Part shown: positions 40,757 to 50,027 of the stretch, in pieces
How the letters are laid out: every line of letters starts with the position of its first letter
How positions within the stretch are numbered: the first letter of the stretch is position 1
Source: Acidimicrobiia bacterium
GTDB lineage: Bacteria > Actinomycetota > Acidimicrobiia > Spongiisociales > UBA5794
Assembly (NCBI GenBank): GCA_035458525.1
Contig: DATHZQ010000040.1
Coordinates: 7,964 to 71,963 of the forward strand
Direction: 5' to 3'
DNA length: 64,000 nucleotides
Notes under the pieces: model-generated
Seen by the model: the letters and a program-made list of their open reading frames with translations, nothing else
Databases searched by the model: none
What the model was told of the DNA's origin: nothing
Made by a program: the position numbers and the translations under genes

Positions 40757-41106
40757 GAGGTTCGCGCACCGACGCACGGCGCCGTCGTCACACGCGGGTG
40801 CGCAAGCGCCTGCACGGTACGGCGCAACGTCCCCGTCTGGCTGTCTACCGCAGCAACAAGTACATCTACGCTCAGGTCATCGATGACGACGCCGGCCACA
40901 CGCTGGCCTCGGCATCGTCCCGAGAGTCCGGCATGGGCGAAAAGTCCCTGACGGTCGAGACAGCGGCAGAGGTCGGCAAGCTGGTTGCGGCTCGGGCGGC
41001 CGACGCCGGGGTCACCAGCGTGATCTTCGACCGAGGTGGATTCCAATTCCACGGCAGGGTCAAAGCTCTCGCCGACGCTGCCCGTGAGAGCGGACTGAAG
41101 TTCTGA
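40753..41106 (+). CDS. rplR: 50S ribosomal protein L18
   Basis: [20 protein letters not shown]...[26 protein letters not shown]. Confidence 0.96.
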   Translation: MRGSRTDARRRRHTRVRKRLHGTAQRPRLAVYRSNKYIYAQVIDDDAGHTLASASSRESGMGEKSLTVETAAEVGKLVAARAADAGVTSVIFDRGGFQFHGRVKALADAARESGLKF

Positions 41107-41134
41107 TGATCCATTCAATGGCAAGGAGCACGAG

Positions 41135-41701
41135 GTGACGAGGAGATCCGACCGTAACCGCGACTCGGAATTCGACGAGCGGGTGATCGCGATCAACCGG
41201 GTGGCCAAGGTCGTCAAGGGTGGCCGCCGGTTCTCGTTCACCGCGCTCGTCACCGTTGGCAACGGCAAGGGCAAGGTTGGCATCGGCTACGGCAAGGCCA
41301 AGGAAGTCCCGACCGCGATCCAAAAGGGCATCGAGACGGCCCGCAAGAACATGGTTGACGTGCCGATGGCCGGTGCGACGATCATCCATCAGGTCATCGG
41401 CGAGCAGGGTGCGTCCCGCGTGCTGCTGAAGCCGGCTGCACCCGGTACCGGGGTCATCGCCGGTGGCGCCGTGCGGCAGATCCTCGAGGCGGCGGGCATC
41501 CGCGACGTTCTCGCCAAGAGCCTCGGATCGCCGACCCACATCAACGTGGCGCGAGCCACGATGGCGGCCATCGAGGCGCAGCGGCGTCCCGACGAAGTCG
41601 CCCGGGCCCGCGGCAAGAAGCCTGAGGACATCTTTCCTCCAGCACTGTTGGCGGCCTATCGCTCGGCGGAGCTGATGAAGACCCAAGTGGGTGGTGACTG
41701 A
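41135..41701 (+). CDS. rpsE: 30S ribosomal protein S5
   Basis: [43 protein letters not shown]. Confidence 0.97.
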   Translation: MTRRSDRNRDSEFDERVIAINRVAKVVKGGRRFSFTALVTVGNGKGKVGIGYGKAKEVPTAIQKGIETARKNMVDVPMAGATIIHQVIGEQGASRVLLKPAAPGTGVIAGGAVRQILEAAGIRDVLAKSLGSPTHINVARATMAAIEAQRRPDEVARARGKKPEDIFPPALLAAYRSAELMKTQVGGD

Positions 41702-41703
41702 CG

Positions 41704-41886
41704 ATGGCCGGCACCCTCAAGATCACGCTCGTCAAGAGCACAATCGGTGAGAAGCCCAAGACGCGGGCCACGGTGGAGAGCCTCGGGCTGCGCAAGATCC
41801 GCCAGTCGGTCGAGCGCCCGGACACGCCCGATGTGCGGGGCATGGTGTTTCGCGCCAAGCATCTGCTGGACGTTGAGGAGATCTGA
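41704..41886 (+). CDS. rpmD: 50S ribosomal protein L30
   Basis: [28 protein letters not shown]. Confidence 0.95.
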   Translation: MAGTLKITLVKSTIGEKPKTRATVESLGLRKIRQSVERPDTPDVRGMVFRAKHLLDVEEI

Positions 41887-42323
41887 TGAAGCTGCACCAT
41901 CTGAAGCCCGCCGAGGGCTCGAAGAAGGCAAAGGTCCGCGTCGGGCGCGGTGAGCGCGGCCGCCGCGGCAAGACAGCGGGTCGCGGCACCAAGGGGCAGA
42001 AGGCGCGCAGCAAGGTGCGTCCCGGCTTCGAGGGCGGGCAGATGCCGCTGCAGCGGCGGCTGCCGAAGCTCAAGGGCTTCAAGAACCGCAACAAGGAGTA
42101 CTACGCCCTCATCAACGTCGAGCGCCTCAACGAGTTCGACGCCGGCGAAGAGATCACGCCGCAGGTGCTGCGGGACCGCGGCATGGTGAAGCACCGGGGT
42201 CGGGTCAAGGTGCTCGGCAACGGTGACCTCGACAAGGCACTCACGGTCAAGGCGCATGCGTTCAGCCTCGGTGCCGTCGAGAAGATCAAAGCAGCGGGCG
42301 GATCGACCGAAGTCGTCGAATGA
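41886..42323 (+). CDS. rplO: 50S ribosomal protein L15
   Basis: [22 protein letters not shown]...[15 protein letters not shown]. Confidence 0.96.
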   Translation: MKLHHLKPAEGSKKAKVRVGRGERGRRGKTAGRGTKGQKARSKVRPGFEGGQMPLQRRLPKLKGFKNRNKEYYALINVERLNEFDAGEEITPQVLRDRGMVKHRGRVKVLGNGDLDKALTVKAHAFSLGAVEKIKAAGGSTEVVE

Positions 42324-42327
42324 GTGT

Positions 42328-42353
42328 TTCGCTCGAAGCAGGCTTCGAGCGAA
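42328..42353 (+). terminator. Strong hairpin immediately after rplO (terminator or attenuator candidate)
   Basis: TTCGCTCGAAGC-AG-GCTTCGAGCGAA, an 11-12 bp near-perfect inverted repeat 5 nt after the stop. Confidence 0.45.
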
Positions 42354-42537
42354 TCGAGATGTCGGCCCCTGGCCGCGCCTTCTCGGATCGCACCGCACAT
42401 GTCGCTGCGATCCGGGCGAGGGGGACGGCGGAGCCGTTCCCCCTCCCGCACCCCCTCCTAGAACCGAACTGATGCGGTGGGGATACAACCGCTCAACAAC
42501 TAGTCTCTGACCACCCAGGACACAGGACCTCAGACTC

Positions 42538-43848
42538 ATGCTCTCTGTCTTTCGCAACATGTTCCGGATCCCGGACCTCCGGAACAAGATCCTGTTCACG
42601 CTCTTCATCTTTGCGGTGTACCGCTTCGGTGCGGCGGTGCCGGTACCCGGTGTCGATCTGGATCGCGTCCAGACGTTTGCGAATCAGCAAGAGCAGGCGG
42701 GCTTCGTCGGGATCCTGAACCTGTTCAGCGGTGGTGCGCTGGAGACGATGTCCGTGTTCGCATTGGGAATCATGCCGTACATCACGGCGTCGATCATCAT
42801 GCAGCTCCTAGCAGTGGTCATCCCGCGCCTGCAGGCGCTGCAGGACGAAGGTGAGGCGGGTCGCAAGGTCGTGACGCAGTGGACCCGCTACCTCACCGTG
42901 GCGCTGGCACTGATCCAATCGACGGGCTTCACGTTCCTCTTCCACTCCGGGCAGTTCACCGGGGGCGTCGATCTCATCCCCGACTACACCTTGCGCAACG
43001 TGCTCACCATCGTGATCACCATGACGGCCGGCACGGCGCTCATCATGTGGCTGGGTGAGCTGATCACCCAACGCGGCATCGGCAACGGCATGTCGCTGAT
43101 CATCTTCGTCAGCATCGTGAGCCAGCTGCCCAGCCAGCTCGGCATCCTGCAGGCGAACTCCTCGACGTTCCAGTTCCTCGCCGTCATCCTGCTGATGCTG
43201 GTGCTGACGGTCGGGATCATCTTCATCGACCAGGGCCAGCGGCGAATCCCGATCTCATTCTCGAGGCGGGTCCGCGGTCGCAAGGTGCTCGGCGGCCAGA
43301 ACACGTACATCCCGCTGAAGGTGAACATGGCCGGTGTGATCCCCGTGATCTTCGCCACCAGCATCATGTACTTCCCCGTGCTGGCCTCCTCGGCGATCCC
43401 GTCCGACGGGTGGGGCGCCACGGTCCGCGACTGGATCGACCGCAACCTCATCGGCACGGGCGGCCAGGGCGGATTCAGCCCGACGTTGCCCTACATCATC
43501 GTGCTGGCACTCCTCGTGGTGTTCTTCACGTACTTCTACACGGCGATCCAGTTCGACCCGGAGCGCCAGGCCGAGACGATTCAGCGCCAAGGCGGGTTCA
43601 TCCCGGGGATCCGTCCGGGCCGGGCCACCGTGCGCCACCTCGAGTACGTCCTGAGCCGCATCACCCTGCCGGGTTCGATCTACCTGGCCTTCGTCGCCGT
43701 GGCGCCGTCGATCATGGGGTGGGCATGGGACATCCCGGTCGGCCTTTCCGGCATCTCGATCCTCATCGTCGCCGGCGTGGCGCTGGAGACGATGAAGCAG
43801 ATCGAGTCCCAGCTCATGATGCGCAACTACGAAGGCTTCCTGAGCTAG
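42538..43848 (+). CDS. secY: Preprotein translocase subunit SecY
   Basis: 436 aa, 10 hydrophobic spans. LFSGGALETMSVFALGIMPYITASIIMQLL. Confidence 0.97.
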   Translation: MLSVFRNMFRIPDLRNKILFTLFIFAVYRFGAAVPVPGVDLDRVQTFANQQEQAGFVGILNLFSGGALETMSVFALGIMPYITASIIMQLLAVVIPRLQALQDEGEAGRKVVTQWTRYLTVALALIQSTGFTFLFHSGQFTGGVDLIPDYTLRNVLTIVITMTAGTALIMWLGELITQRGIGNGMSLIIFVSIVSQLPSQLGILQANSSTFQFLAVILLMLVLTVGIIFIDQGQRRIPISFSRRVRGRKVLGGQNTYIPLKVNMAGVIPVIFATSIMYFPVLASSAIPSDGWGATVRDWIDRNLIGTGGQGGFSPTLPYIIVLALLVVFFTYFYTAIQFDPERQAETIQRQGGFIPGIRPGRATVRHLEYVLSRITLPGSIYLAFVAVAPSIMGWAWDIPVGLSGISILIVAGVALETMKQIESQLMMRNYEGFLS

Positions 43849-43888
43849 CTCGCCTTTCCCCGGTGACGTCGCCGCTTGTCGCATCCTG

Positions 43889-43944
43889 CATGGTCCCCCA
43901 CCAAGTGGGGGAAGGTACCGCCGCCGCAGGCGGCGATAGGGGGT
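43889..43944 (+). repeat. REP-like structured intergenic repeat, copy C
   Basis: CATGGTCCCCCACCAAGTGGGGGAAGGTACCGCCGCCGCAGGCGGCGATAGGGGGT. Matches 5063..5128 and the reverse complement of 4985..5040. Confidence 0.75.
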
Positions 43945-44051
43945 GGCCGGGTCGCTCGATCGGCCCGAAACATGACCTCCCCCGAGGTGGGGTCCGCTGC
44001 TTTCGTCCTTGGTGACATCTGGGGCCGCAGACTGCGTTAACCTCGTCGCCC

Positions 44052-44633
44052 ATGGGTCGACGCATTCTCTTTCTGGGTCCTCCTGGGGCAGGCAAAGGCA
44101 CGCAGGCTGCGATGCTGGCGCGGGCGTTGGGGGTGCCGCACATCTCCACCGGCGACATGTTGCGGGCCGCGGTGGCGGCCGGCACCGATCTCGGCAAGCA
44201 GGCCGAAGCGATCATGGCGGCCGGTGATCTCGTACCCGACGACCTGGTCGTTGCGATGGTCGCAGAGCGACTGCACGCCGACGACGCACGCTGTGGCTAT
44301 CTCCTCGACGGCTTTCCCCGCAACGTCGAGCAGGCCGATGCGCTTGCGCAGAAGATGGGGGAGGGATCGCTCGAAGTCGCAATGCTGCTCGATGTCGACG
44401 AGGAGGAGCTGGTAGCTCGGCTCATGAACCGTGCGCGCGAGTTGGGGCGCACGGACGACAACGAAGGCACAGTCCGCCGCCGCCTTCAGGTGTACCGAGC
44501 AGAGACCGAGCCGCTCGTGGAGTACTACCCACCGGCCGGCGTTCCGGTGCTGGCCGTCGACGGGATCGGTTCCATCGAAGAGGTGTTCGCCCGCCTCGTC
44601 GTGGCGCTCGCCGAGGAGCCGTCGAAGTCGTGA
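44052..44633 (+). CDS. adk: Adenylate kinase
   Basis: ILFLGPPGAGKGTQA P-loop. GYLLDGFPRN. Confidence 0.96.
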   Translation: MGRRILFLGPPGAGKGTQAAMLARALGVPHISTGDMLRAAVAAGTDLGKQAEAIMAAGDLVPDDLVVAMVAERLHADDARCGYLLDGFPRNVEQADALAQKMGEGSLEVAMLLDVDEEELVARLMNRARELGRTDDNEGTVRRRLQVYRAETEPLVEYYPPAGVPVLAVDGIGSIEEVFARLVVALAEEPSKS

Positions 44634-45409
44634 ACGGCCGCGTGATCACCATGAAGGACGCCGCCGCGTTCGAGAAGATGACCATCGCCGGCCAATGTGT
44701 CGCCGCGGCCCACGCCGCCGTGCGCCAGGCGGCAGAGCCAGGGGTCTCGATGAAGGATCTCGATGCGGTTGCGGCCGAGGTGATTCGCGACCACGACTGC
44801 CGGCCCTCGTTCTTGGGCTATCACGGCTATCCGGCGACGATCTGTGCCTCACCCAACTCGGTGATCGTCCACGGCATCCCCGACGGCTACAAGCTGACGG
44901 ACGGCGACATCATCTCGGTCGACGTGGGCGCGATCTATGAAGGGTGGCACGGCGACGCTGCGTTCACCATGGCGGTGGGCGACGTACCGGCCGAGGTGGC
45001 CAAGCTCATCGAAGTCACCGAGCAAGGGCTCTGGAACGGCATCGCCCAAGCGAGGGCTGGAAAGCGCCTCGGTGACGTTGGGAACGCCATCGAGACCACC
45101 GCCAAGCCCCACGGCTACGGCGTCGTTCGCGAGTACATCGGTCACGGCATCGGGCGCAACATGCACGAAGCGCCCAATGTCCCCAACTACGGCAAGAAGG
45201 GCAAGGGACTCAAGCTGAAGACCGGCATGGCTCTCGCCATCGAGCCCATGTTCAACCTCGGCACGGCCGAGACGGCACTCCTCGATGACGGCTGGACCGT
45301 CGTCACCGCCGATGGGGCCTTGTCCGCCCACTTCGAACACACCGTGTTGCTCACGGAGCAAGGGTCGATCGTGTCGACCCTCCCCGAGCCGAAACTCGTC
45401 GGCGTCTGA
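44630..45409 (+). CDS. map: Type I methionine aminopeptidase
   Basis: GTGA overlap with adk. GYHGYP, VDVGA, GHGIGRNMHE and EHTV metal-ligand blocks. Confidence 0.95.
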   Translation: MNGRVITMKDAAAFEKMTIAGQCVAAAHAAVRQAAEPGVSMKDLDAVAAEVIRDHDCRPSFLGYHGYPATICASPNSVIVHGIPDGYKLTDGDIISVDVGAIYEGWHGDAAFTMAVGDVPAEVAKLIEVTEQGLWNGIAQARAGKRLGDVGNAIETTAKPHGYGVVREYIGHGIGRNMHEAPNVPNYGKKGKGLKLKTGMALAIEPMFNLGTAETALLDDGWTVVTADGALSAHFEHTVLLTEQGSIVSTLPEPKLVGV

Positions 45410-45423
45410 TTCCTGCGTACCTG

Positions 45424-45441
45424 GCCGCGGCATGCCGCGGC
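45424..45441. terminator. Perfect 18-bp palindrome/hairpin after map
   Basis: GCCGCGGCATGCCGCGGC (7-bp stem, CATG loop) 15 nt after the map stop. No U-tract. Confidence 0.35.
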
Positions 45442-45579
45442 GAGCTACGCAAGTTCGCCGAACGAGCGCGATCCTCGCTGAGGGCGCGGTTCCGGCGCGC
45501 ATCACGGGACCGGTCGGGTCTGGGGCCTCTGGTTGCGGGCGGGCGCCGGGGCGAAGCTGATGTGGACGGGAGGTTTCTG

Positions 45580-46047
45580 ATGCCGGAGATATCTGTCCGA
45601 ACGCTGGAGCGGCAACCCACGCTCGTGATGTGGGGCAAGGTGGTCGTCAAAGACATGCCGCAGTTCCTCGGCAGAGCGTTTCGCGCTGCGGCCACCCACG
45701 CCGAGACCCTCGGCACGGAGATCTGCGGGCCGCCGTTCGCTCGCTACCGGCCGCTGGACAGCGAATTCAAGGAGTTCGAGGTGGAGGCCGGGTTCCCGGT
45801 GACCAATGAGCCGACCGGATCTGAAGAGGTGGATGCCTCATCGCTCCCCGCCGGGCCGGCGGCCGTAGCAATGCACATCGGACCCTACGACGCGATGGTG
45901 CCCGCTTACGACGCGATCGTGGCGTTCCTCCGCGAGCAACACGCCGAGGCGTTTGGCCCGGCCTGGGAGGTATATCTCTCAGACGCCAGCGAGGAGCCGG
46001 ACCCGGCGAAGTGGCGTACCGAGATCGTGCAACCGTTCATGGCGTAG
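45580..46047 (+). CDS. GyrI-like small-molecule-binding domain protein
   Basis: ORF 45562..46047. ~155 aa with the two-repeat pattern (FEVEAGFPV, WEVYLSD...PAKWRTEI) typical of GyrI/SbmC-like effector-binding domains. Confidence 0.65.
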   Translation: MPEISVRTLERQPTLVMWGKVVVKDMPQFLGRAFRAAATHAETLGTEICGPPFARYRPLDSEFKEFEVEAGFPVTNEPTGSEEVDASSLPAGPAAVAMHIGPYDAMVPAYDAIVAFLREQHAEAFGPAWEVYLSDASEEPDPAKWRTEIVQPFMA

Positions 46048-46151
46048 TTCGACCGTCATCGGGGGGCGATGGGCGCCTGCCCGGTGAGGGCGCGGAACGC
46101 TTCGTCGTCCGACCGCCACTGAGCGGGCGCTGATGGGCGCTGAGGTCGGGC

Positions 46152-46903
46152 TCACTGCGTCGTTGCCTGGGTGCGATACCAGTACTGGTACTCGGCGCCG
46201 AAGCCGTGACCCGAGTAAAACGCCCGAGCCGGCGTGTTCTCTGTCTGTAGCTGGAGAAACGCCATCGTTGCGCCGTTGCTCCGACCCCGCGCCTGCAGTG
46301 CCTGCAACACCTGCGTACCCAGCCCCGAGCCACGAAGATGCCGGGCGGTGTGCATCACATAGATGGCGACGGCGTCGTCCCACACCACGCCCATGCCCAT
46401 CGCAGCGACTTCGCCGGCGGCCTCCAGCTCGGCGTACGCCGTTGGAGTGGGGAGGCGGGCAAGCATCGAGCGGACCACGTCCGGGTCCGTTCCGTGAGGG
46501 AGCGTCGTGACATCAACGCTTCGAACCAGCGAGCCGACGGAGCCTGGTCGATGCGGACGTCGCCGGGCTCCGAAGCGTCCTCGATGCGCCGGGTCATCAC
46601 GTCGACGGCATTCTCACGGCGGTAGCCGCGGGCGCCGAGGGTCATTTCGAGCTCGGTCGGGGCGAGCTCGGTGAGCCGAAATCGACACGGCAACCCCAGC
46701 GCCGCATACCACCGTTCCGCATCGCGAAGAGCGGCCAGCAGGGTTCCATCCGGCTGCCCCAGCGGGCTCACCGAGTTGGAGCGGTTGGTGACACCGCGGG
46801 CGGTGCGGAACACCCACGACCCGTCGGTGTGGTGTTCGAGGGCCGGCCAGGTGGCCAGTCCGATCTCCTCCAGCCGCCGGATTCGCTCCGGCCTGCCGGT
46901 CAC
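46152..46903 (-). pseudogene. GNAT family acetyltransferase, frame-disrupted
   Basis: The N-terminal half is in the frame of ORF 46355..46975 (from GTG 46903). The GNAT core (VVWDDAVAIYVMHTARHLRGSGLGTQVLQALQ...AFYSGHGF) is in the frame of ORF 46152..46478. That second frame is open upstream through ~46530, so a frameshift near 46490-46520 is implied. Confidence 0.65.
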
Positions 46904-47622
46904 GTCAGGTCGTCGAGGTACAGCGGGAGCATCGCCCGCCAGGTCGGCCAGTCGTGGTCCCACTGCCGGCCCCAATCGTCGACGCGGTTCGGGATGCCTT
47001 TCGAGCCCAGGAGCTCCGCCACCTGCCAGCTCTCGCTTGGATCCTCCCAGCGACCGCTCCCGGTGGCCAGGATGATGAAGCGCTGCCGCAGCCGGTCGAG
47101 CACCGGACCGCCGAGATCCGGCAGGAAGTGGAGCGGAGACGAGTAGTAGAAGTCGTCGCTCCAGTGGCCGCCCAGCCGGTCGGAGAGGTCGTAGCTCCCG
47201 CTCATGCAGATCGCGCTGCGGATCACGTCGGGGTGGCGGCTGATGGTCTCGAGCGCCCAGAAGGCTCCGATCGACGAACCGGCCGTGATGATCTCGATGT
47301 GGTCATCGTGGCAATCCGCCCGGATGGCCGGCACCGCTTCCTCCCGGATGAACCGGTCGAACTGGTTCTGCAGCCACATCGAGTGCCGGGGGTCGTCCTG
47401 TTCGAGCCACGAACGGCCCGACACCGAATCGACGGAGTACACCTTGATCCGGCCGGCCGAGAGCAATCCTGCGAGTGCGTCGATCAACTGGAAGCGCTCG
47501 ACCTCCTCGGCGTCGCCGCCCGCCGTCGGAAAGACGAGCACCGGTGTGCCGATGCTGCCCCACCGGGCCATGGACACCCACTGCTCCAGGCGAGGGGAAT
47601 ACCAGCGCTCGACGGCCTTCAC
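46900..47622 (-). CDS. Alpha/beta-hydrolase esterase (putative-esterase/enterochelin-esterase-like fold), 240 aa
   Basis: GSSIG nucleophile elbow (ITAGSSIGAFWA). GTG start overlaps the ATP-grasp stop (GTGA). Confidence 0.75.
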   Translation of the reverse strand: MKAVERWYSPRLEQWVSMARWGSIGTPVLVFPTAGGDAEEVERFQLIDALAGLLSAGRIKVYSVDSVSGRSWLEQDDPRHSMWLQNQFDRFIREEAVPAIRADCHDDHIEIITAGSSIGAFWALETISRHPDVIRSAICMSGSYDLSDRLGGHWSDDFYYSSPLHFLPDLGGPVLDRLRQRFIILATGSGRWEDPSESWQVAELLGSKGIPNRVDDWGRQWDHDWPTWRAMLPLYLDDLT

Positions 47623-48869
47623 GACGGATCCAGGCGATCGCGCTCGGTCCGCCGCCAGAACTGGATCAACCCCCAGAAGTGCTCGGTGAACTGGTCGACT
47701 TCCTGCGCGGGGAACATCGTCTCGACTTTGTGGCGGATGATTCCCTTCGCCCGCTCCGTGGCGAAATAGTCGAGCGTGATCTCGTCGAGGTCGGCCAGGT
47801 GGTCGTCACAGAACTCGGCGAAGCGATCGGCTTCGAGACGCCGCCTGGCGAGGCTCCCGAGCGCCGCAAGCCGCTCTCCATGGTCGTCGTGTGCTTCCGC
47901 GGTCGCGAAGAACTCGTGCCAGTTGAGGTCGTGGCGCATGGGGCGCCGGGTCGCCGCACAGAACAGCGACCAGCGGATCAGCGCCTTGACGAGCCACGGG
48001 ATGTGGAAGTGCAGCGACGTCACCTGAGAGTCCGGGTTGGCGTTGGCGAAATCGATGGGGTGGTACACCCCGTCCTGACGCAGCGCTTCGCAGGAGTTGA
48101 AGTCCCACCCGAAGAACGTGTTGATGGTGAGCGTGAGGTCGGCGAGCTGATTCCAGTCGGCCCCGTCGACGAAATCGAAAGCGACCTTGTAGCGGTCGTG
48201 CAATGGTGCATCCGGGTCGTACCGCATCACGTTGACCTGGGGCCCCACGGCGAGGCAGCGCACGAACAGGTCGAACGGCTCGACTGCCCTTTGGGCGTGC
48301 ATGATCCGCGTGCCCGAGGCGTCGTAGGCGGCCTTGAGCTGGCCGGCGTCCTCGATGCGGCTCACTCCGACCCACGCGCCGCCGTCGTACGGCTTGAGGA
48401 ACATCGGAAATCCGATCTCCTCGCCGATCGCATCGAGATCGAACATCTGGGCGTAGCGCTCGAGGGTCACGTGGAGATCGTCGGCGTGGTCGTACTCCTT
48501 CGGCGGGAGTAGATACGTCTGCGGGACGGGCACGCCCAGCCGCATCATGGCGGCGTACGACGTGTGTTTCTGCATCGCCTGCAACGTGAACGGATTGTTC
48601 AAGACGTACAGGTCGTCCTTCACGACCGCCTTCTTGATCCACTCGCGACTGGTGTGATACCAGGGCGTGAGCCGGTCGAGCACCAGGTCGTAGCGCACCG
48701 GCTGGTTGAGGTCGAAAGGTTCGATCGTCACCCGCTCGACGCCGAAACGGAGCGTCTTGCCCGCCACCGTGGCCCGTGGGTCGAGCCTTGCGACGATGTC
48801 CTCGTAGAACTGCGGCCAGCACAGATCAGCGCCGAGGCTGAGGCCGATGAGTCGCGTCGAGCTGGTCAT
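47619..48869 (-). CDS. ATP-grasp fold protein of unassigned subfamily, 416 aa
   Basis: Central IGFPMFLKPYDGGAWVGVSRIED...HAQRAVEPFDLFVRCLAVG region resembles the ATP-grasp nucleotide-binding core. A ~100-aa helical C-terminal extension follows. Confidence 0.6.
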   Translation of the reverse strand: MTSSTRLIGLSLGADLCWPQFYEDIVARLDPRATVAGKTLRFGVERVTIEPFDLNQPVRYDLVLDRLTPWYHTSREWIKKAVVKDDLYVLNNPFTLQAMQKHTSYAAMMRLGVPVPQTYLLPPKEYDHADDLHVTLERYAQMFDLDAIGEEIGFPMFLKPYDGGAWVGVSRIEDAGQLKAAYDASGTRIMHAQRAVEPFDLFVRCLAVGPQVNVMRYDPDAPLHDRYKVAFDFVDGADWNQLADLTLTINTFFGWDFNSCEALRQDGVYHPIDFANANPDSQVTSLHFHIPWLVKALIRWSLFCAATRRPMRHDLNWHEFFATAEAHDDHGERLAALGSLARRRLEADRFAEFCDDHLADLDEITLDYFATERAKGIIRHKVETMFPAQEVDQFTEHFWGLIQFWRRTERDRLDPS

Positions 48870-48878
48870 GGCGCCAAC

Positions 48879-50027
48879 CTAGTGGTGCACCGGCGCCGGG
48901 AAGAGCTCGCGCAGTGCGTCGCCGAGGTTGTTGCGCCAGTTCTGCCAGTGGTGACCGTCGAGCGGTTCGCGGTAGGACACATCGATGCCGGCCAGCCGCA
49001 GGCGGGACACGAAGGCCATGTTGTCCGTCGACAGCGCTTCGAACGCCCCACACGCAACCCAGGCCATCGGCGTCGGCAGCCCGGGGCCACTGTGGAACCG
49101 GTGCATGAAGTCGACGACGGGCTGCAGCTCCGGCCCCCGGTGCCACGGTCCCCCCAGCTCTGTGATGAAGGTTCCGGAGAGCAACACCATTGCGCCAAAG
49201 ACATCTGGGTGGCGCCATGCCGTAGCCAGGCTGGCGACGGCGCCGAGGCTGGCGCCGCCGATCACTCGGTGGCGAGGCTCCGAGCTGATCTGGAATTCGG
49301 AAGTGACGCCGGGCACGATCTCGTCGACAATCGATCGGCCGTGGGCGGGTAGCGCCATGTACTCGCGGTTCCGGTCGACGGGGTCCATCAACACGACCAC
49401 GGTGGGGCGCATCGCACCCGCGCCGATCAGGCTGTCGAGCGACGTCGTGAGCGCGGCGTATTGGATCAGATCGCTGCCGTCGTGAAGGAACACCGCCGGG
49501 TACGGCGCCGCCGCCGGAAATCCTGCAGGGACGTACACCGAGTGGGAGCGTTTGCCGCCGAGCGCCTTCGAGTCGATCTCTATGGTCTCGACATCGCCGC
49601 GAGCGGCGTCCACGCTCGGCGATGTCCACATCGGGTCCACGTAACCGAGGGCGTGCGCAACCGAGTTGGCCCCAAACGGATCGTGTGCGATCCGGGTGTT
49701 CAAAGGATCGATGGTGCGCTGTGTCTCGTGGTCCCACTCGATCTCGAGCTGGTACTCCATGCGAGTGCGCTGCGGCAGCTTCACCGTCACGGACCACAGA
49801 TCGGTGCTCTCGAACCGTTCCATGTCGGGGATCTTCGGAAACTGCGCCATGAAGTGAACGACCCGAACCGCCCGCGGGCTCCCGACGTAGGTGAACGTGA
49901 CCGTTTCGCCGTCGATGAACGGGGTTCTGGCCCGCGTCAGGCGTCGTCGCAGATATGCGGGTGCCATGGATCGGGCTGCTTCGGCAACCGCCTCAGGCAG
50001 GGGGAACCGGGGAAACGTCTCGCTCAT
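48879..50027 (-). CDS. Esterase with N-terminal beta-sandwich-like domain plus enterochelin-esterase-like alpha/beta core, 382 aa
   Basis: GASLG nucleophile elbow (VIGGASLGAVASL), YVPAG...PYPAVFLHDG block, ~150-aa N-terminal extension. Confidence 0.75.
   Translation of the reverse strand: MSETFPRFPLPEAVAEAARSMAPAYLRRRLTRARTPFIDGETVTFTYVGSPRAVRVVHFMAQFPKIPDMERFESTDLWSVTVKLPQRTRMEYQLEIEWDHETQRTIDPLNTRIAHDPFGANSVAHALGYVDPMWTSPSVDAARGDVETIEIDSKALGGKRSHSVYVPAGFPAAAPYPAVFLHDGSDLIQYAALTTSLDSLIGAGAMRPTVVVLMDPVDRNREYMALPAHGRSIVDEIVPGVTSEFQISSEPRHRVIGGASLGAVASLATAWRHPDVFGAMVLLSGTFITELGGPWHRGPELQPVVDFMHRFHSGPGLPTPMAWVACGAFEALSTDNMAFVSRLRLAGIDVSYREPLDGHHWQNWRNNLGDALRELFPAPVHH

Noticed and set aside
42418-42445. 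Calling this a fourth full copy of the REP-like element.
   Set aside because: Only the GGCGG...TTCCCCC segment is shared, and the module order differs. It is mentioned as a possible degenerate relative but not annotated as a repeat copy.
47619-48869. Idea that the ATP-grasp plus GNAT pair marks a graspetide/microviridin-type RiPP cluster.
   Set aside because: There is no small precursor-peptide ORF next to the ligase (9-nt and overlapping junctions). The protein is ~90 aa longer than my recollection of MdnB/C-type ligases. The flanking genes are esterases, not a transporter or protease. I keep it only as a remote possibility.
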